A DNA stretch of 51,445 nucleotides from an uncultured Chloroflexia bacterium (GCA_963712745.1 CAVQJC010000019.1:1-51445); one strand, 5' to 3'. Shown: positions 13,101 through 21,769, counted from the first letter of the stretch. The notes: generated from the letters alone by a model not told the origin. Translations and numbers: made by a program.

Positions 13101-13658
13101 TCAGCGACCTCCACTCGTGTCGGTGGGAACGGCCGGCACGGCCGCGATCGGCCCTCCGTCAGGCGCACTGGTCCCAGCCGCCGGGACCGCCTCCACAGCC
13201 GGCCGCGGGGTCGGTGGCGGTGCCACCGCCACGGTGACGTCGGCCGCGCCCGGGATGGCCGGCTTGCCCATGTAGCGGCCGATGCTGTCGATCATCATCT
13301 CGGTCCGGTTGACGGTGTCGATGCCGAGGCTGGAGTAGGCCTTCGAGCGCATCGGGTCGTTGATCTTGCACAGCACATGCGGGATGCCGAACGCCTGCTT
13401 GGCCAGCTGGGCCGCGAGGATGTTGCGGTTGTCGCCGTTGGTCATGGCGAAGAACCACTCGCATTCGCCCGCACCGGCACGCTCGAGCACGCTGCTGTCG
13501 GTGCCGTCACCACGGAGCGCCTGGCCCGAGAAGCCCGGGGCCAGTCGGCGGAACGACTCGGTCCGGGTGTCGAGGATGACCACCTCGTGGCCTTCCTCGG
13601 CGAGTTGGCTGGCGATGCCGGCGCCGACGCGCCCGCTCCCGACGATGATCACGCGCAT
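13101..13658 (-). CDS. TrkA-family RCK_N-only protein with Pro/Ala-rich tail
   Basis: Motifs IIVGSGRVG, GDGTD and MTNGDNRNILAAQ; no RCK_C domain. Confidence 0.88.
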   Translation of the reverse strand: MRVIIVGSGRVGAGIASQLAEEGHEVVILDTRTESFRRLAPGFSGQALRGDGTDSSVLERAGAGECEWFFAMTNGDNRNILAAQLAKQAFGIPHVLCKINDPMRSKAYSSLGIDTVNRTEMMIDSIGRYMGKPAIPGAADVTVAVAPPPTPRPAVEAVPAAGTSAPDGGPIAAVPAVPTDTSGGR

Positions 13659-13661
13659 CGG

Positions 13662-14128
13662 TCAGATCCTCTTCATGGCTTCATCGCGCGCTTCGCTGCT
13701 GGAGACCGGTTCACGGACCACGAAGACACGGCAGGGTGCGTTCTTGAACACATAGGGGATGGTGCGGCCCAGGGCGAAGTCGCCGCCGAAACGGACGTGA
13801 TAGGGGAGGCCCATGACGATGGCGTCGGCCTCGAGTGCGACGGCTTCGTCGACCAGCGCCGCGCCGACGTCACGTGCCTGCAGCAGCTGCGTGGAAAGTG
13901 GCACCTTCACCTTCTCGGCCATGACCTCGGCCAGATCGAGTGTGCGCGATGCCTCCTCACGCTGGTCAACGAGATCGTCCTCGAGGTCGTGACTCCAGTC
14001 GACCTGGACTACGTAGACCGCCACCAACTCGCTCTCGTCGGCGCGCGCAAGCTTGCAGCCGCACTCGATGACGAGCTCGTCTGTGGGGCTACCGTTGAGG
14101 CTGAGGACGGCACGGTGGACCGGCTCAC
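13662..14128 (-). CDS. Universal stress protein (Usp) with an apparent 1-nt frameshift just after the start
   Basis: The frame upstream of TTG 14027 reads HRAVLSLNGSPTDELVIECGCKLARA, a Usp N-terminus; the C-terminus has DAIVMG..LGRT..APCRVFVV. AAGGAG plus GTG at 14128 is one base out of frame. Confidence 0.8.
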
Positions 14129-14154
14129 CGAGCGATCTCCTTGGGCACGGCCGA

Positions 14155-14163
14155 AGCCTACCA
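14155..14163 (-). promoter_or_regulatory. Extended -10 promoter (TG-G-TAGGCT) for usp-trkA-trkA
   Basis: Minus strand reads GGTGGTAGGCT, 12 nt upstream of the AAGGAG SD. Confidence 0.5.
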
Positions 14164-14232
14164 CCGCCTCGCGCTGCGGGGCGACCGCGCGTTTCGCCGG
14201 CCCCGGCCGGTCAGCCCGTCCCGACTCCTGCC

Positions 14233-16398
14233 TCAGCGGCGCCACCCGAATCGTCGTTTGGGCGCATCGGTCGCGACGCCCTCTGCCACGTGCTCGTCGG
14301 CCGTGTCGACCTCGTCAGCGTTGTCGTTGCCGTTCTGTCCTGCGCGGAGGCCGCCGTAGGGGACCTCGACCACGACCGTGTTGTAGCGACCGACCAGGGC
14401 GTGTCGGATGCGGTCGGTCTTCTGGTTGTGCAGGATCCGATCCCACCAGTGCCGCGGCACGTATTCCGCCAGGACCACCACGGTGATGGTGTTCTCCGGC
14501 GTGGGAGCCATCACGTCGAGATAGTGCAGGAAGGGCAGGACCAGCGAACGGTAGGGAGTCTCGATGATGACCAGGGGCACGTCCGGCAGCATGTGCTCCC
14601 AGTCCTTGCGCAGCTTGGCCGCAGCCTCGGCGTCGATGGTGATGTGGACCGCGGTCACGTCATCGGACAGGGCGCGGCCGAACTGCACCGAGCGGATGAC
14701 TGCGCGTGACAGCGTCGGCACCGGGATGATCACGCGAGACTGCTTGGTCGACTTGCCATAGACACGCGAGGTGTCGACCTCCAGTTCCTTTTCGGCCGTG
14801 TCGTACTCGTGGTGGATGAACCACATCACCGCCACCAGGACGGGGATGAGTCCGAGCACGATGAGCGACGTGGGTGCCTTGACGACCGCCACGTCGATGG
14901 CCACCAGGCCGGTGACCACGGCGCCGATGGCGTTGACGCTGAGGCGGCGCCTGAAACCTGGCGGACGCTCGCGCAGCCAGTGCCGGATCATGCCCGTCTG
15001 GCTGATGGTGAAGTCGATGAACACGCCCACCGCGTAGAGCGGGATGAGTGCGTGCGTATCGCCGCCGAAGATCACGATGAGGATGATGGCCAGCACGCCC
15101 AGCACGACGATGCCCGCGGTGAAGGCGAGTCGATCGCCGCGATAGGCGAAGCGGCGTGGCCAGAAGTTGTCCGCGGCCAGCACCGCCGCCAGGCGTGGGA
15201 AGGCCGAGAACGAGGTATTCGCGGCCAGCATCAGGATGATCGCGGCGAACGTGAGGAACAGGTAGAAGCCGATGGAATCGAGACCGAACACGCTGCCCGC
15301 GACCATGGACAGGACGGTGGGCCCGCCATCTTCACTGGGCACGATGGCAAAGCCGTTGGCCAGGAAGGTGATGCCGATGAACAGCGTCGCCAGCAGGACG
15401 GCCATGACGGCCAGGGTCGTGGCGGCGTTCTTGGACTCCGGCGGATTGAAGGCGGGCACGCCGGTGGCGATGGCCTCGGTTCCGGTAAGCGCCACGGCTC
15501 CGGACGCGAAGGCGCGCATGGCCAGCAGGACGAGGGCCACACTGGCCATGTCTACGGACGAGTCGGCCAGGGCATCGTAGCTGGCACCCTCCCCGAGCAC
15601 GATGATCTTCCAGGCCCCCAAGACGATCATGAGCAGCGCTGAGCCCACGAAGAGGTAGGTCGGGATGGCGAAGATGTTGCCCGCCTCGCGCACGCCGCGC
15701 AGGTTGGCCAGGGTGATGACCGCCACCACGGAGACGGCGATGGCCACCTGCCACGGACCGAGGGCGGGGAGGGCGGCCACGATCTGTTCCGAGGCCGATG
15801 AGATCGACACGGCTACGGTCAGGACGTAGTCGATGAGCAAGGCGCCTGCAGCGATGAGCGAGGCCATCCGGCCCAGGTTGGCCTTGGAGACCGAGTAGGA
15901 GCCACCACCGTTGGGGTAGGCCACCACCACCTGTCGATAGCTGATGGCAACGATGCCCAGGAGCAGGGCGATGGTGATGGAGATGGGCAGGGCCAGGTTC
16001 AGGACGGCCACACCCACGCCGGCCAGCAGCAGGGCGCGCAGGATCTCCTCAGTGGCGTAGGCGCTGGAGCTGATGGCGTCGGAGCTGAAGATGGCCAGGG
16101 CCTTCTTCTTGGAGAGGCGCTCTCCGATCTCCTCGGCCGAGGCCAACGGCCGGCCGAACAGGAGTCTTCGGCTGGAAGCCACCAGGCGGCGGCTCGCGGC
16201 CTTCTCCTCGTGTGCCTTGGGGCGAGCCTCGAGAGCGCCGGACGGCGTGTACCGGAAGTACTCGCTGCGAGGGCGGTCCACGCGCACGCGACGATTGCCC
16301 GGCTTCTGGCCTGCTAGGCCGCGGGGCGTAGGCGTCTGCGATGTCTTCTCGAGGGGGGATGGCGGGCGCTTGTCGCCCTCGTCACTCGTCATGGGCAT
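14233..16398 (-). CDS. APC-superfamily transporter, KimA/YdaO-like K+ importer (paralogue A)
   Basis: Motifs FSSDAISSSAYATEE, YPNGGGSY, LLIDYVLTVAVS, LTGTEAI, ANTSFSAFP, LIPLYAVGVF and C-terminal PYRSLV..WWDRILHNQ. Confidence 0.9.
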   Translation of the reverse strand: MPMTSDEGDKRPPSPLEKTSQTPTPRGLAGQKPGNRRVRVDRPRSEYFRYTPSGALEARPKAHEEKAASRRLVASSRRLLFGRPLASAEEIGERLSKKKALAIFSSDAISSSAYATEEILRALLLAGVGVAVLNLALPISITIALLLGIVAISYRQVVVAYPNGGGSYSVSKANLGRMASLIAAGALLIDYVLTVAVSISSASEQIVAALPALGPWQVAIAVSVVAVITLANLRGVREAGNIFAIPTYLFVGSALLMIVLGAWKIIVLGEGASYDALADSSVDMASVALVLLAMRAFASGAVALTGTEAIATGVPAFNPPESKNAATTLAVMAVLLATLFIGITFLANGFAIVPSEDGGPTVLSMVAGSVFGLDSIGFYLFLTFAAIILMLAANTSFSAFPRLAAVLAADNFWPRRFAYRGDRLAFTAGIVVLGVLAIILIVIFGGDTHALIPLYAVGVFIDFTISQTGMIRHWLRERPPGFRRRLSVNAIGAVVTGLVAIDVAVVKAPTSLIVLGLIPVLVAVMWFIHHEYDTAEKELEVDTSRVYGKSTKQSRVIIPVPTLSRAVIRSVQFGRALSDDVTAVHITIDAEAAAKLRKDWEHMLPDVPLVIIETPYRSLVLPFLHYLDVMAPTPENTITVVVLAEYVPRHWWDRILHNQKTDRIRHALVGRYNTVVVEVPYGGLRAGQNGNDNADEVDTADEHVAEGVATDAPKRRFGWRR

Positions 16399-16622
16399 GG
16401 GCGAGTCGCCAGGGCGCCTCGCGGGACGCGTATCCGGGCTGGGTCGCCGGACACGCTGTCATCTGGTTCCTATGTGGAGCCGCCGGTGCGCTCGAGACCG
16501 ATGGGTCGAATGCGCCTGACCTTGGCTTTTCGGTTGGCAGTATGCGCGCTCTCGGGCAAGCCGGCAGCGTGTGTCGGCCCGGCCACGCAGACCGGACGGC
16601 GGGGTCGAAGCGCCTGCCCGGG

Positions 16623-18893
16623 CTATCGGTCGCGAGTGCCGCGATCCGCATCAGCCCTCGCATCCAGCTCGACCTCGGCCGTGGTGTCCCGATCGGTTCT
16701 GCCGTCCCGGGCAGACCCGCCGTCGGCCTCGCCTCCGTCCTGGCCGCTCGCGCCCTCGAGTGGTTCATCTGGCCGGCGGCTCGGCCACAGCCCACGGAAG
16801 CTGATGCCTGCCTGGCGGTGCTCGCGGCCGTAGGGCACGTCGGCCACGACCGTCTCCGGCCGGCCTACCAGGGCACTCTTCAGCTTGGCCGCCGTCTGGT
16901 TGTAGAGGATGCGGTCCCAGAAGTGCCGGGGCACGTACTCCGGCAGGACGACGATGGTGATGACGTCTTTCTCCGAGAGGGCCATCACGTCGAGGTAGTG
17001 CAGGAAGGGCACGACGAGCGAGCGGTAGGGCGTTTCGACGATGACCAGGGGCACGCCGGGCAGCGCCCGCTCCCACGCCGAGCGCACCGTCTGGCCCTCC
17101 TCCAGGTCGGGAGTGATGAGCACGGCCGTCACGTCGTCGGACATCGAGCGGCCGAACTGGACCGACTGCACCGAAGCCCGCGACAGGTTCATGATCGGGA
17201 TTAGCACGCGGTTCCGCTTGCGCGGCGCATCGAACACCTGGTCAGGCTTGAGTCCGAGGTCCACGCCCACGGCGTCGTACTCCCGCCGGATGAACCACAT
17301 CACTGCCACCTGGACGGGCAGCACCACGATGACCAGCAGCGACTCGGGTGCCTTGGAGACGGTGACCGAGACCAGGATGATGCCGGTGATGACCGCCCCG
17401 ACGGCGTTGATGGTGAGGCGGAACTGCCAGCCGGACGTCTTGTTCCTCAACCAGTGCAGGACCATGCCCGACTGGCTGATGGTGAAGTCGCTGAAGATGG
17501 CCACGGCGTACAGCGGGATGAGGGCTGTGGTGTTGCCACTGAAGGCGACGATGAGGATCGAGGCCAGCACACCCAGCACGACGATGCCCAGGGTGTAGGC
17601 CAGGCGCTCGCCGCGAAAGGAGAACGCCCGCGGAAAGAAGCGGTCGCCGGCCAGCACCGCCGCCAGCACCGGGAAGGCCGCGAAGGAGGTATTCGCCGCC
17701 AGGATAAGGATGAGCGTGGTGAAGGTGAGGAAGAGGAAGAAGCCGACCGAGCCGTCGCCGAAGACCGCCTCAGCCGACTGGGCGATGATGGTGACCTCGT
17801 CGTTGGGGACGAGGCCGTAGCCGTTGGATAGGAAGGTGATGCCCACGAAGAGCGTGCCCAGGATGATCGACATGACCGCGAGGGTGGTGGCCGCGTTGCG
17901 CGCCTCGGGCGGCTTGAACGCGGGCACGCCGGTGGCGATGGCCTCGGTGCCGGTCAGGCCCACGGCGCCGGCCGAGAACGCGCGCACGGCCAGCAGCACC
18001 AGCGCGAGGCTGCTCATGTCGACCGTCGCCTCCGCCAGCGAGGGATAGGACGCCTCGACGCCCACCACGATGATCTGGTAGCCGCCCAGGCCGATCATCA
18101 GCAGGGCCATGCCCAGGAACAGGTAGGTCGGGATGGCGAAGATGTTGCCGGCCTCGCGCAGGCCGCGCAGGTTGCCGATGGTGATGAGCAGCACGGCCCC
18201 CACGGCGATGACTTCCTTCCACGGCGCCAGTTGAGGGATGGCCGAAGCGATCTGGTCCGAGGCTGACGAGACCGACACGGCCACCGTCAGCACGTAGCCG
18301 ATGAGCAGCGCAGAGGCCGCCACCAGCGAGGGCATGCGGCCGAACGTGGCCTTCGACACCGAGTACGACCCGCCGCCGGTGGGGTAGGCCAGGACGATCA
18401 TGCGATACGAGAGCGCCACGACGCCCAGCAGCAGGGCCAGGCCGATGGACACCGGCAGCGAGAGACCGAGGTAGCCGTAGCCGACACCGGCACTGGCACC
18501 CGCCACCACCAGCGCGCGCAGGATCTCCTCGGTCGCGTAGGCGCTCGAGCTGATGGCGTCCGAGCTGAAGATCGCCAGCGCCTTCCTCTTGGGCAGGCGT
18601 TCCTCGCCCTCCTCCTCGGACGCCAGCGGTCGCCCGAAGAGCACGCGCCGGGCGACGGCGAAGCCTCGTCCCAGGGGTCGCTTCTCCTCGTGGGCCTTGG
18701 GGCGCGCCACGAGCGTGTCCTTGGCCGCGTAGCGGAAGTACTCCGCCTGCGGCCGTTCTACGCGGACGCGGCGGTCACCCAGCTTCCGACCGCGCAGGTG
18801 CGCCGGAGCCCCGGGGTCCTTCTCGTGCGAGCCGTCCTCCCGTTCGGGCGGCTGTCGCTCACCCCTGGGGCTGCCCTGCGGCTCGTCGCTCAC
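16623..18893 (-). CDS. APC-superfamily transporter, KimA/YdaO-like (paralogue B)
   Basis: Same motifs as paralogue A (FSSDAISSSAYATEE, YPTGGGSY, LTGTEAI, PYRSLV); tandem duplicate. Confidence 0.9.
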   Translation of the reverse strand: MSDEPQGSPRGERQPPEREDGSHEKDPGAPAHLRGRKLGDRRVRVERPQAEYFRYAAKDTLVARPKAHEEKRPLGRGFAVARRVLFGRPLASEEEGEERLPKRKALAIFSSDAISSSAYATEEILRALVVAGASAGVGYGYLGLSLPVSIGLALLLGVVALSYRMIVLAYPTGGGSYSVSKATFGRMPSLVAASALLIGYVLTVAVSVSSASDQIASAIPQLAPWKEVIAVGAVLLITIGNLRGLREAGNIFAIPTYLFLGMALLMIGLGGYQIIVVGVEASYPSLAEATVDMSSLALVLLAVRAFSAGAVGLTGTEAIATGVPAFKPPEARNAATTLAVMSIILGTLFVGITFLSNGYGLVPNDEVTIIAQSAEAVFGDGSVGFFLFLTFTTLILILAANTSFAAFPVLAAVLAGDRFFPRAFSFRGERLAYTLGIVVLGVLASILIVAFSGNTTALIPLYAVAIFSDFTISQSGMVLHWLRNKTSGWQFRLTINAVGAVITGIILVSVTVSKAPESLLVIVVLPVQVAVMWFIRREYDAVGVDLGLKPDQVFDAPRKRNRVLIPIMNLSRASVQSVQFGRSMSDDVTAVLITPDLEEGQTVRSAWERALPGVPLVIVETPYRSLVVPFLHYLDVMALSEKDVITIVVLPEYVPRHFWDRILYNQTAAKLKSALVGRPETVVADVPYGREHRQAGISFRGLWPSRRPDEPLEGASGQDGGEADGGSARDGRTDRDTTAEVELDARADADRGTRDR

Positions 18894-18899
18894 GGGCGA

Positions 18900-19622
18900 C
18901 TAGACCCCCAGCTCCAGGCGGTCGGCCAGGCGCTTGGGCAGGGTCGTGGAGCGGATGTCCGCCTGGGTCCGTTCGATGTCGTAGGCGAAGCGGAGCCACT
19001 CCACCTCGCCGGAGTCGGTGTCGATGACCATGGCGCAGGCCCGTGGGTCGCCATCACGTGGCTGGCCCACCGAGCCCGGGTTCAGGATGCAGCGCCGGTC
19101 GTCGAGTGTGAGCGAGCTGCCGTCCTCGGCCAGCAGCGCCTCTACCTGGCCCTGGTCATCGCGGAACGTGAGCTGGTGATGGGTGTGGCCCACCAGGCAG
19201 TAGGGCGTCTCGAAGGCAGCCAGGTTGATGCGGGCGGCCGGGATGGAGAAGAGGTACTCCCAGAGCGGGTCGCGCGGGCTGCCGTGTACGAGCGTGAAGT
19301 CGCCCTCGACGCGCATGTCCGGCTGGTCGGCGAGCCACTCGAGGTTCGCCGGCTTCATGGTCTCAGCCGTCCACTTCACGGCCGCCCGGGCGAGGTCGTT
19401 GAAGGTGCCTGTGGGGATACGCCCGAGTGTGGCGGCATCGTGGTTGCCCTGGACAGCCACCGCATCCTCGTCGCGCAATCGCTCCACCACCTGATCGGGA
19501 TGCGGGCCGTAGCCGACGATGTCGCCGGTGATCCAAAGCTGGTCGCGCGTGCCCACTGCCTCGAGGGCGGCCTCGAGGGCAGGGCTGTTCGAGTGGATGT
19601 CCGAGAGGACCGCGACGCGCAT
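18900..19622 (-). CDS. Calcineurin-like metallophosphoesterase (YfcE/MJ0936-like)
   Basis: Motifs SDIHSN, GDIVGYGP, GNHD, HGSP, GHTH and NPGSVGQPRDGD. Confidence 0.92.
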   Translation of the reverse strand: MRVAVLSDIHSNSPALEAALEAVGTRDQLWITGDIVGYGPHPDQVVERLRDEDAVAVQGNHDAATLGRIPTGTFNDLARAAVKWTAETMKPANLEWLADQPDMRVEGDFTLVHGSPRDPLWEYLFSIPAARINLAAFETPYCLVGHTHHQLTFRDDQGQVEALLAEDGSSLTLDDRRCILNPGSVGQPRDGDPRACAMVIDTDSGEVEWLRFAYDIERTQADIRSTTLPKRLADRLELGV

Positions 19623-19654
19623 CGGCGCGAGGGTAACAGGGCGAGCGTGCCCGG

Positions 19655-20497
19655 TCAGCGCCGGCGGCGCTTGCGCACACCGGCCGGGCGCGGGTAGGCG
19701 ATGGGCGTGGGCCGCTCCTTGGCCACCACTACCAGTCGGTGACCGGGCAGCCCTGGCGTCTCCACGTCGATGACCTCGGGCCGGCCGCCGCCGACGGCCC
19801 GGATGATCGAGCCTGCGTCGCGCAACTCCCCCAGGAGGCCACCACCCTCTTCCTCGCGCTTCCAGGCCACGAGCGCGCCACCCGCGCGGGTCAGCGGAAG
19901 GCCCAGCTCCACGACCTCGGCCAGGGATCCCACGGCCCGGGCGACGACCACGTGCCAGGCCTGGCGCTGTTCGGGCTCCTCGGCGACGTCCTCCGCGCGT
20001 TCGGCGATGGCCTCGATGACCGGGGTGGGTCGGACCTCGTCCTCGGCCAGCACCTCGGCGACGGCTGCGCCGGCCACGGCCAGGAAACGGGCCTTCTTGC
20101 CGACCGAGTCGAGCAGGCCCACGCGTGCGAATGGCAACGCGGCCGCCAGCGGCAGGCCCGGATAGCCGCCCCCGCTACCGATGTCGAGCAGCGTCGCTCC
20201 TGGCCTGGCCATGCCCTCGACAACGGCCACTGCTGAGAGCGAATCACAGACGTGGCGTCGGGCCATGGCGTCGGGCTCGCGGATGGCCGTGAGGTTGATG
20301 GCCGCGTTCCAGTCACGCAGCAGACGAGCGTGTCCCTCGTAGGCGCGCCGGGCTGGGGGCGAGGCCGCAGCCGAGCCGGACAGGCCCAGTTCGACGATCC
20401 CCGCCTCGAGTGCCTCATCGAAGGCCGCACCCATGGGCTCGAGTGCCCACGGATCGGTCGGTAGCTCCCGGCGAGCAGGGCGCTCGGGGTCGGTCAT
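19655..20497 (-). CDS. rsmG: 16S rRNA m7G527 methyltransferase RsmG (GidB)
   Basis: Motifs WNAAINLTAIR, HVCDSL, DIGSGGGYPGLPLA, KKARFL, VARAV and TP..YPR. ATG 20497 follows GAGGGGG; GTG 20536 is an alternative start. Confidence 0.93.
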   Translation of the reverse strand: MTDPERPARRELPTDPWALEPMGAAFDEALEAGIVELGLSGSAAASPPARRAYEGHARLLRDWNAAINLTAIREPDAMARRHVCDSLSAVAVVEGMARPGATLLDIGSGGGYPGLPLAAALPFARVGLLDSVGKKARFLAVAGAAVAEVLAEDEVRPTPVIEAIAERAEDVAEEPEQRQAWHVVVARAVGSLAEVVELGLPLTRAGGALVAWKREEEGGGLLGELRDAGSIIRAVGGGRPEVIDVETPGLPGHRLVVVAKERPTPIAYPRPAGVRKRRRR

Positions 20498-20522
20498 CAG
20501 CTTGCGCCCCCTCGCTCCGGCC

Positions 20523-20781
20523 AAACGCTGACGCACGATGCGCCAGACATGGAAGTGCGCCGGAAGCGACCCTCCTCATGGCCGGCTCGCGGTCGTCGTC
20601 GCGAACTCGTAACCCGGGCCAAAGCCGCTCCCGGCGCTGGAACGTTCCTCGCACCCGGCGACGTTTCTGTCTTCCGACACCCGGACGGTCGTCGCGCATG
20701 GATCTCTCCATGCATCGCCACGGGTGGCGTTACCGTACTCCGCCACTGCACGACACCACGTAGGGCACCGCGTGGTGCAGG
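20523..20781 (-). ncRNA. Candidate structured RNA (6S-like rod) or long structured leader of rsmG
   Basis: 14-bp helix (20624-20637 with 20557-20570) whose two G-U pairs work only on the minus strand; central bubble; apical stem; GNRA-capped hairpins upstream; promoter just above. Confidence 0.4.
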
Positions 20782-20787
20782 AAGGGC

Positions 20788-20816
20788 AGTGTCCGCAGCG
20801 CCACGCGCGGCGTCAA
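20788..20816 (-). promoter_or_regulatory. Sigma70-type promoter TTGACG-N17-GACACT
   Basis: -35 at 20816-20811 and -10 at 20793-20788 on the minus strand. Confidence 0.55.
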
Positions 20817-20821
20817 GGAGG

Positions 20822-20884
20822 TTATCCACCAAACGTGGTGCGCTCGGGCACCGTTGTGGACAAATTGGATCGGATGGTGGATAA
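20822..20884. promoter_or_regulatory. Cluster of three DnaA-box-like 9-mers
   Basis: TTATCCACC (20822-20830, +), TTGTCCACA (20855-20863, -) and TTATCCACC (20876-20884, -); each is one mismatch from TTATCCACA. Confidence 0.6.
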
Positions 20885-20949
20885 GCCCGATCGCTGGTGG
20901 GCATCGGGCGGCACCGGCGCCTGCGCTGCAGGCGAGCCACCGGTCCGCG

Positions 20950-21306
20950 TCAGGGTTCCGGGCTGGCGCGGTTCGGGCGGGTCGGGCGACCCATGCCCCT
21001 GCGCACGACTTCCATCACCTCGCTCGTGAGTGCGTCGGCATCGCCACTCTTGACGACCGAGTTGACGCAGCCGTGGACGTGATCCTCCATCAGCAGCATC
21101 GAGACCGAATCGATAGCGGCCCGCAGGGCCGCGGTCTGCTGCAGCACGTCGACGCAATCCTCGTCCCGCTCGATCATGCGGGCGACACCGCGAACCTGTC
21201 CCTCCATGCGCGCCAGGCGACGCAGGACCTGCTCGCGGGAGCCGCCGTACGGGCGCGGCGCCGCGACCGCGATCCGACGTCGCTTGCTGCTGGAGCCTCC
21301 GCCCAC
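20950..21306 (-). CDS. csoR: CsoR/RcnR-family metal-sensing repressor
   Basis: Motif RRLARMEGQVRGVARMIE..DCVDVLQQ..HVHGCV (C-H-C fingerprint). AGGAGG precedes GTG 21306. Confidence 0.88.
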   Translation of the reverse strand: MGGGSSSKRRRIAVAAPRPYGGSREQVLRRLARMEGQVRGVARMIERDEDCVDVLQQTAALRAAIDSVSMLLMEDHVHGCVNSVVKSGDADALTSEVMEVVRRGMGRPTRPNRASPEP

Positions 21307-21329
21307 GTTGCCTCCTGTGGTTCCCCGTG

Positions 21330-21347
21330 ATACTGGGTGGGAGTATA
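21330..21347. promoter_or_regulatory. CsoR/RcnR-type operator overlapping a TATACT -10 element
   Basis: Palindrome ATACT-GGGTGGG-AGTAT at 21330-21346; minus-strand TATACT at 21347-21342. Confidence 0.8.
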
Positions 21348-21350
21348 GCC

Positions 21351-21769
21351 CTATGGCGCGGCCGGCCTTTCTGCCAGTAGCTCGAGGACGCCCCAGGTCG
21401 CGAAGGCCATGGCCACGATGGCCAGCCACAGCCCGGGTGCGTCGAGCGGGGTCAGGCTGTACTCGGCCTCGCCGCCGAGCAGGTCGATGACGGCCAGGGC
21501 AAGACCCACGACCCCGGCTGTCACGAGCAGCACGTAGACGATCGGCCGGTCAAGGACGAACTCACCGGTCCGGGTGGTGTAGGGCGAGACGATGAGCGCG
21601 AGCATGACCAGCGCGGCCATGAACATGATCCAGCCGGTGCCGGCGAAGCCCCACGCGGTCTCAACCTCCAGCACGATGCCCCCGGCCTTCTGCCAGCTCA
21701 GCGGCATCGAGATGACCGCGAGCACGGCGCCGATGGCGATGAGCGTACGGCCTCGCCCCAGACCTCGCC

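Noticed and set aside
16399-16622. c-di-AMP (ydaO) riboswitch upstream of kimA paralogue A
   Set aside because: Expected from context, but the conserved GCUGAAUCC and CAGCUAAC-type blocks are not visible on the minus strand.
20638-20648. parS site at palindrome GGAACGTTCC
   Set aside because: It does not match GTTTCACGTGAAAC.
20660-20690. SRP RNA helix 8 or hammerhead ribozyme (GGAA loop followed by GAAA)
   Set aside because: It lacks the CAGG/AGCAG internal loop of SRP and the CUGANGA core of a hammerhead.
20415-20711. Arg-rich ORF with GTFQ that superficially recalls rpmH (L34)
   Set aside because: It lacks MKRTFQP and HGFRARM, overlaps rsmG, and has shadow-frame composition.
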